Shown here: positions 21,075 through 32,345 of the stretch, piece after piece
Layout: the number at the start of each line of letters is the position of its first letter
Numbering within the stretch: position 1 is the stretch's first letter
From: an uncultured Hormoscilla sp.
Lineage (GTDB): Bacteria > Cyanobacteriota > Cyanobacteriia > Cyanobacteriales > Desertifilaceae
Length of the DNA: 64,000 nucleotides
Direction of reading: 5' to 3'
Assembly (NCBI GenBank): GCA_963921275.4
Contig: OZ001293.3
Location: 1,472,001 to 1,536,000, forward strand
The notes under the pieces: generated by a model
The model's database searches: none
Seen by the model: only the letters and a program-made list of their open reading frames with translations
What the model was told of the DNA's origin: nothing
Made by a program: the position numbers and the translations under genes

Positions 21075-23057
21075 ATGGAGCTAGAGGTAGAAATGAATCA
21101 AACTTTCTCGGACAGAACGGTTAAAGTGATTCCCAAGGAGGCGGCACTGGTAAAGCAAGAAAAGACATGGGCTTGGACGATCGAGGCTTCTGAGGAATTA
21201 TATCGGATTAATGGCTGGGGAGAGCCATATTTTTCGATTAACGCAGCGGGTCACGTGACGGTTTCCCCCAAGGGCGATCGGGGGGTGACCCTGGACTTGT
21301 TTGAACTGGTTGAGGCCCTGAAGCAGCGCAACATGGGACTACCACTACTGATTCGCTTTTCTGATATTTTAGCAGATCGGCTGGAACGGTTGCATGCTTG
21401 TTTTGCTAAGGCGATCGAGCGTTACAAGTATCCGGGTATCTATCAGGGGGTGTTTCCGGTAAAGTGCAATCAGCATCGCCAGCTAATTGAGGATTTAGTG
21501 GAATTTGGCCAACCGCATCAATTTGGTCTAGAAGCCGGTTCCAAGCCGGAATTAATGATTGCCTTAGCAACCTTAAATAGTCCGGAAGCCCTGCTAATAT
21601 GTAATGGCTACAAAGACCGGGAGTACATAGAAACGGCAATTATAGCTCAAGGTTTGGGAAAAAAAATTATTATTGTCCTAGAACAGCTATCAGAAGTCCA
21701 GATGGTAATTGCCGCATCGCGAGAACTAGGCATTGAGCCAATTGTCGGGATTCGTGCTAAGCTGAGTACACAAGGAATTGGACGCTGGGGAAAATCAACA
21801 GGCGATCGGGCTAAGTTTGGTTTGACGATTCCTGAGATAATTGAAGCTGTTAACCAGCTGCGGAATGCTGGTATGCTAGATTCATTACAGCTGTTACACT
21901 TTCACGTAGGCTCTCAAATTTCCGCCATTAGCGCGATCAAAGACGCCATTCGAGAAGCTAGCCAGATTTATGTAGAATTGGCGCAGCTGGGAGCTAATAT
22001 GAAATATCTGGATGTCGGGGGTGGGTTGGCAGTAGACTACGACGGCTCGAAAACAAATTTCTACGCCTCGAAAAACTACAATATGCAAAATTATGCCAAT
22101 GACATTCTAGCCGAGGTGAAGGAAGCATGTGCCGAAGTCCAACTGGATGTACCCGTATTAGTGACAGAAAGTGGCAGGGCGATCGCCGCTCATCAATCGG
22201 TGCTAATTTTTGACGTTTTGGGCACCAGTGATGTCTCTAGCGAAACACCAGAACCAGCTGCAGACAAAGAGCATCTGATTATCCGCAATCTGTGGGAAAC
22301 TTACCAATCAATCACTGTGGATAATTATCAGGAGACCTACCATGACGCTATCCAATTCAAAGAAGAAGCCATCAGTCTGTTTAACTTTGGCTATCTCAGC
22401 CTGCCTCAGCGAGCCAGAGCCGAGGGACTTTATTGGGCTTGTTGTGCTAAGATAGGGGCGATCGCCCGTCAGCAGGAATACGTGCCAGATGACTTGGAAG
22501 ACTTAGAAAAAATCATGGCATCGATTTACTACATCAACCTGTCTGTCTTCCAGTCAGCACCCGACAGCTGGGCAATTAATCAGCTGTTTCCCATTATGCC
22601 CATCCATCGACTGGATGAAGAACCCACGCGACGGGGTACATTGGCAGATCTCACCTGCGATAGCGACGGTAAGATTGACCAATTTATCGATCTTCGGGAT
22701 GTCAAACCCGTATTAGAACTTCATCCCCTCAACCCAGGGGAACCCTATTATCTGGGCATGTTCCTCGGAGGTGCCTATCAGGAAATAATGGGCAATTTGC
22801 ATAACCTGTTTGGTGACACAAATACAGTCCAAATTGCCTTGACTCCCAAAGGCTACCAGATCGAACAAGTCGTCAAAGGCGACACCATCGCAGAAGTATT
22901 GGGTTATGTCCAGTATGAAGCCGAGAATTTGGTCGAGAGTATCCGCCAGCAGGCAGAAGCAGCCCTCCAAGAAGAACAAATTACAATTGCAGAATCTCAG
23001 ATGTTGCTGCAAAATTACGAACGGAGTTTGAGCCGCTATACCTATTTATCAAGTTAG
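21075..23057 (+). CDS. speA: Biosynthetic arginine decarboxylase
   Basis: YRINGWGEPYF, VFPVKCNQ (PLP Lys), HFHVGSQI, DVGGGL, DLTCDSDG. The ORF-track start at 20979 lies in MITE sequence. Confidence 0.95.
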   Translation: MELEVEMNQTFSDRTVKVIPKEAALVKQEKTWAWTIEASEELYRINGWGEPYFSINAAGHVTVSPKGDRGVTLDLFELVEALKQRNMGLPLLIRFSDILADRLERLHACFAKAIERYKYPGIYQGVFPVKCNQHRQLIEDLVEFGQPHQFGLEAGSKPELMIALATLNSPEALLICNGYKDREYIETAIIAQGLGKKIIIVLEQLSEVQMVIAASRELGIEPIVGIRAKLSTQGIGRWGKSTGDRAKFGLTIPEIIEAVNQLRNAGMLDSLQLLHFHVGSQISAISAIKDAIREASQIYVELAQLGANMKYLDVGGGLAVDYDGSKTNFYASKNYNMQNYANDILAEVKEACAEVQLDVPVLVTESGRAIAAHQSVLIFDVLGTSDVSSETPEPAADKEHLIIRNLWETYQSITVDNYQETYHDAIQFKEEAISLFNFGYLSLPQRARAEGLYWACCAKIGAIARQQEYVPDDLEDLEKIMASIYYINLSVFQSAPDSWAINQLFPIMPIHRLDEEPTRRGTLADLTCDSDGKIDQFIDLRDVKPVLELHPLNPGEPYYLGMFLGGAYQEIMGNLHNLFGDTNTVQIALTPKGYQIEQVVKGDTIAEVLGYVQYEAENLVESIRQQAEAALQEEQITIAESQMLLQNYERSLSRYTYLSS

Positions 23058-23137
23058 TGCCATGGCTAATGGCTAATGATAAGTCAAAGACAATTATTGC
23101 AGGTTTGGGCCATAACCATTAGCCATAACCATTAGCC

Positions 23138-24298
23138 CTACCTTGCCAGCAGATCGGCGATCGCCTGCCCTTCTACCGGAGTATAAGGAGGTGGAACTTT
23201 ACGGGCGTCAGTAATCAGCCAATCCAGGCCAGCTGAGTGCATGTCAATAGAGGAACCGGTCTTATCCACACAGTAACGCCCAAATACCAGCTTATCCACC
23301 AAGCGGATACCCTGATTCAAACGGGAATATTCAAAAATTATGCTATTTTCCACCACTGCACCGCTACAGAGATGACAATTGGGACCGATCATTGTTGGTC
23401 CGATAATCTTAGCGCCATCTTCAATCCGAGTCATGCCGCCAATGTATACCGGTCCTTTGATATCAACCTTGTCCCAGTTCACCACCACATTCAGACCCGT
23501 GTAGATCCCTGGTGCCACTTCAATACCGGGAATTTGCACAGCTTTGATCTTCCCTAGCAGAACATCTCGCACTGCCCGCCAATAGTCTGGTACTTTACCA
23601 ATGTCCACCCATTGAAAGTCCATGGCAATCCCATAAAATGGCACACCCATCTCTACCAGTTTGGGGAACAGTTCGCTACCAATGTCGTACTCTTGCCCTG
23701 AAGGGATGTATTCTAACACTTCTGGTTCAAAAATATAAATCCCAGTGTTAATGTTGGTGCTTCTGGCTGCTTCTATGGAAGGCTTTTCCTGGTAGGCTTT
23801 AATCCGCCCGGTAACATCGGTCACCACAACCCCGTAGCTGGACAGTTCCTGGAGGGGTACAGATTTCATCACCACGGTGGCGATCGCTCCTTTTGATTTA
23901 TGCCAATTGACAGCTGCGGTTAAATCCAGGTCAATCAGGGCGTCTCCACATAAGACCACAAACGTATCGTCAAAGAAGGGGTTGTGATCCTGAATGCGCC
24001 GCATTCCACCGGCAGAACCCAGAGCCTTACCTACCAATGTACCATCTTCTTCGATCCTACCTTCAAAGGAATAGGCAATCTGAACGCCAAACCGTTGACC
24101 GTCACGGAAGTAACTCTCGATTTCTTCAGACAGGTGGCTGACATTGACCATGATTTGGTCAAAACCGTGCTGGCGTAATAGTTCCAGTAAAAATTCCATC
24201 ACTGGCTTTTGCAGGATAGGAATCATCGGTTTGGGAATGATGTGAGTGATTGGCTGGACACGGGTTCCCTTTCCAGCCGCCAGAATCATGGCTTTCAT
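23138..24298 (-). CDS. cugP: NDP-sugar pyrophosphorylase (cyanobacterial CugP-type)
   Basis: MKAMILAAGKGTRVQPIT, PKPMIP, EKP, C-terminal left-handed beta-helix. Confidence 0.8.
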   Translation of the reverse strand: MKAMILAAGKGTRVQPITHIIPKPMIPILQKPVMEFLLELLRQHGFDQIMVNVSHLSEEIESYFRDGQRFGVQIAYSFEGRIEEDGTLVGKALGSAGGMRRIQDHNPFFDDTFVVLCGDALIDLDLTAAVNWHKSKGAIATVVMKSVPLQELSSYGVVVTDVTGRIKAYQEKPSIEAARSTNINTGIYIFEPEVLEYIPSGQEYDIGSELFPKLVEMGVPFYGIAMDFQWVDIGKVPDYWRAVRDVLLGKIKAVQIPGIEVAPGIYTGLNVVVNWDKVDIKGPVYIGGMTRIEDGAKIIGPTMIGPNCHLCSGAVVENSIIFEYSRLNQGIRLVDKLVFGRYCVDKTGSSIDMHSAGLDWLITDARKVPPPYTPVEGQAIADLLAR

Positions 24299-25173
24299 GA
24301 ATTTTTATTCCTTAACCCTAGCTACGTATACTGCGGTGAATTGACATCAGTGTCAACCAAACTCTATGGCTATGCCCCCAGCGCAGCGCTATCGGTACTG
24401 CTGCGACATTACAAGCGCGTAACGCTTGTTTTAGCCGTAGCTGCGATCGCCCTTGCACCCTGGCTACCAACTTAAGCCGGGACAGCCCCTGATGCAAGGC
24501 TTCCAGCCCACAGGGATTTCAGCCGCTCCCTAGGGCCAATTTGTCCCGCTTTACGTTGGTAGCCTGCACCCTTTTTGGAGATGATATCCTGACTTTAGCT
24601 TAAAGAGCGATCTCACTAACATACTGCCAAAGCGCTTACAGTTGCCATAACCCACTGCTGTTGCTTTGAAAATGTTCGCCCGCGAGTCTATGGGATAATG
24701 CTTGCCGCCCGCAGCTACCACATTTTTTGCCATAGCTGCTACAAGTGACCCAGACGATCATCCTATGGCAGCCACTTCTGGGGTGCTTTACCTCTGTCTT
24801 ACTCATTACAGTACACTGTTTAATCATGTAAGCGGTGCCATTTAATAATTTTTCCTGCTTAACTTTCATTGATTCATGCTTTTACATTATTTTTACCCAG
24901 CATTGTTTTATTCTAAATTCTGTTACATTATTTCTGTCATTTTTTCGCTTAAAATATCCTTTTACATTACTTTTACCCAGCTTTGATTATTTATGCCATG
25001 CTTTTAGATTACTTTCCCCACGCATTCCCTGCTTGCGCCGGAAGCACTAAATTGCTTACTACGAACGGCGATTATCATAAATAAAAACTAATATCCATTT
25101 CGGGGCATCTGTATTATCTAGAGGTTAATGGCTAATGTCCAATTAACAATTAACAATTAACAATTATACTATC

Positions 25174-26037
25174 TCAAAGAGTGCTGCGGATCTTCAAATC
25201 CTGATAGAATTCCTCTTGGGCTAATTCTACCTTAGACTGAGCCGAGAGCAACAGCAGTGCCCAAAAGACACCAACCTTGTCCTGTTGTGGCTGCCATGCC
25301 AACAGCTGCTCCAGATCCAACCAATCAGATCCTTGAGCCATTTTCGACCAGTTATTGGCGAGAAAATATTCCAATTGCTCGGCAACTTCAGACAAATTTT
25401 CTTGGTGCGCCAGCTGGCTAATAGTATCAGCAGCTTCTGCCCGCGATAGAGAACTTTTGCGTCGAGTGGGAATTCTTTTTTGCTGCTGTGCTATAGTTTT
25501 AGTCATCAGCTGCAACTGATCGATCAATTCCTGTAATGTCACTCGACGTTGCTGAGGTGGTCTGGCAACAGCGCGACGCCGCAACTGGCGCTCTAGATGC
25601 AAGGGCAACTTTTGTTTGAGTGAACCATCAGAGGAATCTTCGGACTCCAAAGCCTCTGGGAACATTTCAGAAGTTTCTGGTGCCGGGGCAAGACTATCGG
25701 CTTTCAGCAGAACTAACATCGACGCATACAAAAAAATCTGCCCTGATTGGGACAGCTCAGCTTCAACAGTTGTAGTATCATCATTGCTATTGGACGCCCT
25801 TAACTGACTCAACACCCGGTCAATCACATCAATCACCTGTACATCCCAAGGGTCGATTTCTCCTCGCTGGGCCATATCAATCAGCAAAGCGATTCCGATC
25901 TCCTCTGGACGATAAGTAATCTGGGAATCTCGCATATGTTCGATGCCATTGAAATTCCCAGAAGAGACCACTTCATTAGTAACGCCGGAGTCCTGGTCAA
26001 ACTTCGCGCTTATACCAGGCGACAGCTCAGTGTTCAT
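25174..26037 (-). CDS. scpA: Segregation and condensation protein A
   Basis: GEIDPWDVQVIDVID, VFWALLLL...VELAQEEFY. Start uncertain. Confidence 0.88.
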   Translation of the reverse strand: MNTELSPGISAKFDQDSGVTNEVVSSGNFNGIEHMRDSQITYRPEEIGIALLIDMAQRGEIDPWDVQVIDVIDRVLSQLRASNSNDDTTTVEAELSQSGQIFLYASMLVLLKADSLAPAPETSEMFPEALESEDSSDGSLKQKLPLHLERQLRRRAVARPPQQRRVTLQELIDQLQLMTKTIAQQQKRIPTRRKSSLSRAEAADTISQLAHQENLSEVAEQLEYFLANNWSKMAQGSDWLDLEQLLAWQPQQDKVGVFWALLLLSAQSKVELAQEEFYQDLKIRSTL

Positions 26038-26273
26038 TTGACTTTGATCTGGAAAAATAGACAGCTGCTAACACAATCCAGCTCATTATATCACCGGCAT
26101 AAAAAGATCCAAATACTCTTAGACTTTGTCAAAGCATAAGCCGTCATCTTGACAAAATTTCGGAATTTGTTACTGTGGCGATGTGCTCTGCGCTATTCGC
26201 ACTACGCATCGCACATCGGTTCTACCTTGTCGCTCTCCTGGATAGCAGCAGGAGGCAGCTTCCCTTGGGAATC

Positions 26274-26576
26274 TTACAATTGTATTTTGTAACTATCAAG
26301 ATCTTGCTCTAACTGATCGATCCGCATATCTCTTTGCCGAACTGCCTTGACACCTTTGCGAGATATAATCATATCCTGCAACCGGCTCCATACACTAAAA
26401 ATCCAAGCTAAAACTGCTCCCACTCCCATTGCCAGAATCAGTTCAACTGAAAGGGGAGCTTGTACTTGAACCCCTTCGACAAGTTTAACAGTAATAGGCT
26501 CCGTATTTTGCAGACTGAATAAAATCATGGCCAAGCCAAATACAAAGATGAGCAAAAAATTAATTTGTTGTTCCAT
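26274..26576 (-). CDS. LapA family (DUF1049) membrane protein
   Basis: Two TM segments with FSLQN and a C-terminal coiled coil. Confidence 0.8.
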   Translation of the reverse strand: MEQQINFLLIFVFGLAMILFSLQNTEPITVKLVEGVQVQAPLSVELILAMGVGAVLAWIFSVWSRLQDMIISRKGVKAVRQRDMRIDQLEQDLDSYKIQL

Positions 26577-26888
26577 GGCGCTATTCTGAAAAATTCTCTG
26601 ACAATTCTTGCAATTATAGCTAATCACAGCTATTGTAAAATTAATTTATTTTTGCTCAAGCTGAAATTACTGCTTTAGCCTTGCCCTGATAGTCAATTAT
26701 AGTTTTACTAGCCAACGAATACGATCATAATCTGATATTATCTGAGGTAATTTTTTTGCCATTATCGGACTGGCGATAGTCCAAGCCAACGACGATATTC
26801 TCAAAACTAAAACCTACCTAGCGCTGCGCGCCGCTGCGCGATCGGAAAGTCAATGGTTCATGACCCTAAAGCCATGAACCACTAACTA

Positions 26889-27900
26889 ACTCAAGTTGCG
26901 ACCTATAAAAATTGGATACAAAAAGCTATGATAAAGAGAATTATTTTCAACTCTAATCCCTTAGATGTAACAGCATGAATTGACTTGGGAAACAAATTGG
27001 TGATTCGACTAAAACAGGTTTCAACTTGTTTTCTTGTTACTTTTTGTATATATTCAAAACAAGAATATTCTTTTCTTTTTGAGTTCTTTTTTCGCAAAGG
27101 TTTTAACATTATACTTGACGACTCTTTTAGTAAATCCTCTAATTGATAATCATTATAAGCTTTATCTCCATAAACTATTGAATTTGATGGTAAGTCAAAG
27201 CCAAAAGATTGCAAAACTTTAACATCATTATAACTACCAGGATCTAGATAAAATTCTATTGGCTTTCCATTTTTGTTTACCAACATATGAACTCTTAATC
27301 CATAAAAATAACGTTTTTTACTGGCAATATACCCTCGATATTCTTCCTTGTTATAAATTTGGCATCTATCAATCCTAATATTATCACATACTGGCACCGG
27401 GAAACTATCAAGAATATATTCTTGACCCGGATTGAGCTCTTTAAATGTTTGAGCTATAACTTGGAAGAAAAACATCTAAATTGGTTCGTCAATATTGTGT
27501 AATCGACGATTGAACCTACTTTTACTTAACAGATTTTTTATATACTTGTGTTGGACCATAAATTGACAAGAGCGATCGTGGTGTCCTCCGAAAAAATATG
27601 CAGCAACTAATCCGACTGTCATCACTTCGGCATTGTTCATTTTTACTTGTGGATCTTCTTTTATATTTAACGCTTTTAGTAGCTCGTCACAAAGAACAAA
27701 AATTGTTGTAATCATATCTTCCATCATCTACATCCCCCAGCAATTAACTATTATTTTAGTACATTATAACCTATAAACAGCCAACCCGCCGTCTAGCACA
27801 AAAAAAATATAATTTTGTATCAAAAGCTACGAAATATCCCAAATATCTGTAAAGTCTAAGTGGGTAATTCATATTTTTTTTAATAGGTCGCAACTTAGGT
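26889..27900 (-). mobile_element. IS982 family element (1012 bp); transposase inactivated by TGG->TAG at 27476-27478
   Basis: TIRs actcaagttgcgacct / aggtcgcaacttaggt; TAACTA target duplication; otherwise near-identical to the copies at 52685 and 61788. Confidence 0.93.
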
Positions 27901-27938
27901 TAACTATATTCTTGCATTGAGATGCAGAGCGTAAATGC

Positions 27939-29180
27939 TTACCGTTGATTGCGGGCTAGGGAGGCCAGTTGCAAAATTTTTTGCCAGTGCTTTTGTACCT
28001 GTTTGGGTTTACATTGGAGGGATGAGGCAATCTCGGCCTCACTGACACCAGATTGCTTGAGCTGCAATATCTGTTGCTGTTCTGGGGAAAGTTTTTCCAC
28101 AAAATTAGACCAGTTAGCGGTGGTCATGCCTAGATTTTGCTCAATATCCGCACCCAACCATTGATGCACTAGCTGCCATTGGTGAGAACAGGAGAACTTT
28201 TCTACATGATACTTGAAGCGCTGTTGCAGGTAATCTCGCTGACGCGGTGAAAGACCAAGGGTACGATCGATCTCTGAGGCGGGGAAGTCTTGGAGTTTGA
28301 GATTGAGATAATCAATACAGTCAAACTGTTTTTGGGATTCTAGGTATTGCACCAGTTCAGAGATGACCCGATCGCGCAATACGCCTTCAGATGGGTCCAC
28401 TGCAGCAGCAACCATTTTCTCCTGTACCTGGGCGATAGCGGGGTTACGGCTATGAATTTCGGCTTCTTCTTTCTTGCTAGATTCTACGGCCATTTCAATA
28501 TCTAGGGACATTTCTGGGGGTTGGCGGCGAGCAAAATTCTGAGCCCGCAGTATGATTAACCTCTGGGTTATTCCCCTTGGTAAGTTGATGCGACGCTTGG
28601 CATAATGATCAGTAAAGGTCATATATTCTGCCAATTCTAGTCTGGTACGGGGGGTGTAATCTTCTGGCAGTTGGTTTTCTCTCCGGAAGGCTTTGAGGGT
28701 TTCGACGTAGAAACTTTGCAGGAAGTCCTCAATCAGATTGTACCGGGCATTGAAGCCTAACTGGGAGTCATTATTAGTGATATGGCGGTAAATCATTACG
28801 CTCAGGTTGCTGTGTAGTTCGCTGCGCCCCTGCCCTGAACCTAATTTATAATATTCCAGACATTTTTGCAACCGATTTCGTGCTAAGGTCAGCTGCCAGG
28901 AACTGACAAGGCCAGAACTAGCGATGCGATCGCTCTTTCCACAAATCCGCTGCACTTCGGTAGCTATCCGAGTTATCACTGCACGAGCTGACAGAGGAGT
29001 GGTTTTCGTCCCGATCGCGGCCTGCAATTCTGTCCATAGTACCTCAACTAAGGCGGTTGTGTCCATAACTGTCTCAGTCGGGGTGAGGACAGACTGGGAT
29101 TTATAGGTGGCAGAGTCTTTGACTGACGGCAAATCTACAAGGGACTGGCTGCAAAGATTTACTTGTGTGGCGTTCATCAT
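27939..29180 (-). CDS. HetZ-related protein (sigma-like C-terminal HTH)
   Basis: EVQRIC, LIEDFLQSFY, AFRREN..P..Y.PR..LELAEYM, RQRDYLQQRFKYH motifs. Confidence 0.78.
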   Translation of the reverse strand: MMNATQVNLCSQSLVDLPSVKDSATYKSQSVLTPTETVMDTTALVEVLWTELQAAIGTKTTPLSARAVITRIATEVQRICGKSDRIASSGLVSSWQLTLARNRLQKCLEYYKLGSGQGRSELHSNLSVMIYRHITNNDSQLGFNARYNLIEDFLQSFYVETLKAFRRENQLPEDYTPRTRLELAEYMTFTDHYAKRRINLPRGITQRLIILRAQNFARRQPPEMSLDIEMAVESSKKEEAEIHSRNPAIAQVQEKMVAAAVDPSEGVLRDRVISELVQYLESQKQFDCIDYLNLKLQDFPASEIDRTLGLSPRQRDYLQQRFKYHVEKFSCSHQWQLVHQWLGADIEQNLGMTTANWSNFVEKLSPEQQQILQLKQSGVSEAEIASSLQCKPKQVQKHWQKILQLASLARNQR

Positions 29181-29508
29181 CGCTTCTCCTCTAGATTTCG
29201 ATGTGCTCTGCGCGCGCAGAGCACATCGAGTAGTTGTTGTTGCTCTCTACAATTCGACTGTAGGCAACCACAACTCTCACTAAAAAGGAGCGTGTACAGT
29301 TCCTGATAGGAACACAGGTTCTGGGAATATAGGAGTATGGGGAGTATTGGGGCTCTGGTAGCTCTAACCCTTGCGGTCTAAGGACTAAAGGCTGTTTTCG
29401 CCCCCCTGGGGGGCGTCAGCCCCCCCAGTGTGACAATCCCGAAACTGTCCTGCCGTTCTTTTCTTCCTGACGCCAAAACAGGGTTTGAGTATCAGCTAGA
29501 TGAGGGGA

Positions 29509-30162
29509 CTAAATCCATGCTGCTGCTGCTTCCCAGCCTAGTCCTTGTCGGACAATCGCCGGTTCATTATCTGTGAAGTCCAGAATGGTGGAAACCTGAT
29601 ATGTCAGTTCACAGGAGTCATCGACTATCACGTCTACCAATTTTTCCAGACTGTCAAATAGTTCAGCTGTAGAGGTGTAATCTGATGTCTTGGGTGCTGG
29701 TGCCATCTCCTCGGAACCCACTAAATGAGCTGAAGTAGAAATAATTGGATTGCCTAAGGAATTCAATAATTCCTGGCATACCGGATGAGCGGGAACGCGA
29801 ATGCCGGTGGTTTTCCTTGTCGGTGCCATCACCAGTCGCGGCACTAATTTGGTGGCTGGCAAGAGGAAGGTATAGGGCCCTGGAATCAGATGTCTCATAA
29901 TCCGATAAGCCGAATCCCTGACGGTGGCATAACTGGCCACATTAGACAAGCTGGAACATAAAAAGGTCAAGGGCTTATCATTAGACAGCTGCTTGATGCG
30001 TCGGACTCGTTCTACTGCCGATTTAACGTTAAGATCGCAACCGATCGCATAAACTGTGTCCGTGGGATATAACATCACGGCACCATCCCGGAGAGCATCC
30101 CTAATCTCTTCTATCAGGCGTTTTTGGGGTGTCTCGGGATGGACTATGTATATGGTGGCCAT
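29509..30162 (-). CDS. L-threonylcarbamoyladenylate synthase family (Sua5/YciO/YrdC)
   Basis: YPTDTVYAIGC, PGPYTF, GIRVP, STSA. Confidence 0.92.
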   Translation of the reverse strand: MATIYIVHPETPQKRLIEEIRDALRDGAVMLYPTDTVYAIGCDLNVKSAVERVRRIKQLSNDKPLTFLCSSLSNVASYATVRDSAYRIMRHLIPGPYTFLLPATKLVPRLVMAPTRKTTGIRVPAHPVCQELLNSLGNPIISTSAHLVGSEEMAPAPKTSDYTSTAELFDSLEKLVDVIVDDSCELTYQVSTILDFTDNEPAIVRQGLGWEAAAAWI

Positions 30163-30188
30163 ATTGAGATTGCTGATGAGTATTAAGG

Positions 30189-31457
30189 ATGAACAAGTTA
30201 GCGTATCTGGAATGTCCTACTGGCATTGCTGGTGATATGTGCTTAGGGGCACTGGTGCATGGGGGTGTACCCCTAGATTACCTGATTGAGAAACTCTCTC
30301 ACCTGGGAATTTCTGATGAATACCAGCTGAGGGCAGAACTTGTTCATCGCCATGGCCAGCAGGCAACTAAAGTCTATGTGGATCTATATCAATCTGACCA
30401 TTCCCATGATGAACATCATCACTCTCACGCCACAAACTCTGAAGAACTCCATTCCCATTCTCCTACACGCCATTTGCCAGAAATTGAACAGATGATCGAA
30501 TCTGCTGGCCTGCCAACCCAGGCAGAAACTTGGAGTTTGGCAGTGTTCCGGAAGTTGGCCCAGGCCGAAGGAGCGGTGCATGGAATCGATCCAGAACGGG
30601 TGCATTTTCATGAGGTAGGTGCTACGGATGCGATCGTGGATATTGTCGGTACTTGTTTGGGGTTGGACTGGTTGGGTATTGACCAGCTTTATTGTTCTGC
30701 GCTACCGACTGGTGGTGGCACGGTGCGGGCGGCCCACGGTCAGTTGCCGGTGCCCGTGCCAGCCGTGCTGAAGCTATGGGAAATGGGCCAGGTTCCGGTT
30801 TATAGTAATGGCATAGAGCGGGAACTGGTAACTCCTACTGGAGCGGCGATCGCCACTACCCTCGCCACCAGGTTTGGTACTCCACCGGCCATGACTATCC
30901 ATAACCTGGGGCTAGGTGCTGGTTCCCACTCACTGCCTCTTCCTAATATCCTCCGCCTGTGGATTGGATCCTTAGGGCCTGGGAAAGAGGATCTGCCTAG
31001 CCCTAATTTAGAAACGATCTCTGTTTTAGAAACGCAAATCGATGATTTGAGTCCTCAGGCGATCGCTTATGTCTTTGATGCCCTATTTGCCGCTGGTGCC
31101 GTGGATGTGTTTACCCAGCCTATTGTCATGAAAAAGTCCCGACTGGGGGTGCTGCTAACGGTGATTTCTCCTCCGGAAAAGTTGTCGGCTTGTGAAGCTA
31201 TCCTCTTTCGCGAGACTAGCACTTTAGGGATCCGCCGATCGCTCCAGCAGCGCTCTATTTTACGACGGGAAATACAACCGGTGCAGACACCCTATGGTGC
31301 CGTGCGGGTGAAGGTTGCCGGGACTGGTAATGATATCAGCAATGTCCAGCCGGAATACGAAGATTGCGCCCAGTTAGCTAGGGCAAATAACCTGCCTTGG
31401 CGGCAAGTTCGCCAACTGGCGCTGCAATGCTGGTATCAAATGAACAGTGATGGTTGA
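30189..31457 (+). CDS. larC: Nickel pincer cofactor biosynthesis protein LarC
   Basis: GIAGDM, His-rich loop, [30 protein letters not shown]. Confidence 0.93.
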   Translation: MNKLAYLECPTGIAGDMCLGALVHGGVPLDYLIEKLSHLGISDEYQLRAELVHRHGQQATKVYVDLYQSDHSHDEHHHSHATNSEELHSHSPTRHLPEIEQMIESAGLPTQAETWSLAVFRKLAQAEGAVHGIDPERVHFHEVGATDAIVDIVGTCLGLDWLGIDQLYCSALPTGGGTVRAAHGQLPVPVPAVLKLWEMGQVPVYSNGIERELVTPTGAAIATTLATRFGTPPAMTIHNLGLGAGSHSLPLPNILRLWIGSLGPGKEDLPSPNLETISVLETQIDDLSPQAIAYVFDALFAAGAVDVFTQPIVMKKSRLGVLLTVISPPEKLSACEAILFRETSTLGIRRSLQQRSILRREIQPVQTPYGAVRVKVAGTGNDISNVQPEYEDCAQLARANNLPWRQVRQLALQCWYQMNSDG

Positions 31458-31624
31458 TTTTAAGCTGTGATGCATTTAAATTGCATAGTCCAAAATTGCC
31501 GTTATAGCTGAAACGCTCACCTGTCGTGGGTTGCCTCGATTTTACCCTCAGCCCCAACATGCAGTTTAGATGCGCGACAGCTTACTAGGCCATAAACCAT
31601 TTATTCTCAACCATCAACCGCTGC

Positions 31625-32071
31625 TTAGGTTTCTGATGCTGCTTCTTCCTCCGAGGAGGCTACATCTGACTCTTCACTGACTGATGCTGCTTCTTCCTCC
31701 GAGGACGTGACATCTGAAACTTCTAAAGAGGTGTCTGATTTTGCCTCATCCGGCGTAGTTTCAATCACCTCCGAGACGCTTTCTTCCTCCGAGGAGGCTA
31801 CATCTGACTCTTCACTGACTGATGCTGCTTCTTCCTCCGAGGACGTGACATCTGAAACTTCTGGAGAGGTGTCTGATTTTGCCTCATCCGGCGTAGTTTC
31901 AATCACCTCCGGGACGCTAATCACTTCTTCTGGGCCTGAACTTTTTTCGACTTCCACATTGTTGCAGACCGCGATCGCCCAGAGCATGATTCCCGCTAGC
32001 AAGACTGTTACATTTTTTTCCAGTCGGATTTTTTTCAGCACCGCCATTATTCTGTTCATATACTCTTTCAC
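31625..32071 (-). CDS. Small membrane-anchored acidic Ser/Glu-rich protein with a 46-aa internal duplication
   Basis: Hydrophobic segment then a 138-bp direct repeat (31643/31781). Start uncertain. Confidence 0.6.
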   Translation of the reverse strand: MKEYMNRIMAVLKKIRLEKNVTVLLAGIMLWAIAVCNNVEVEKSSGPEEVISVPEVIETTPDEAKSDTSPEVSDVTSSEEEAASVSEESDVASSEEESVSEVIETTPDEAKSDTSLEVSDVTSSEEEAASVSEESDVASSEEEAASET

Positions 32072-32345
32072 AATTACACCATTTCCACTATATCATTAAT
32101 CTACTTGCATAGCTGTCTACCTAAGCAATCAACCCACGTTACGCACTACAATCTGTAACATATTAATTAATATGTAATAGTACGGCACGATTGCCATTGC
32201 ACTACATTTCGTAATCCGTAATCTATCTAGCAATTTTGCAAATACAACGTATAAATATTTATACGTGTATCAGCTTTTAGGTTCTCAAAATCACCAAGCA
32301 CTTGTGATTATTACGTGATACATTTTGTAGTGCAAAATATAGGAA

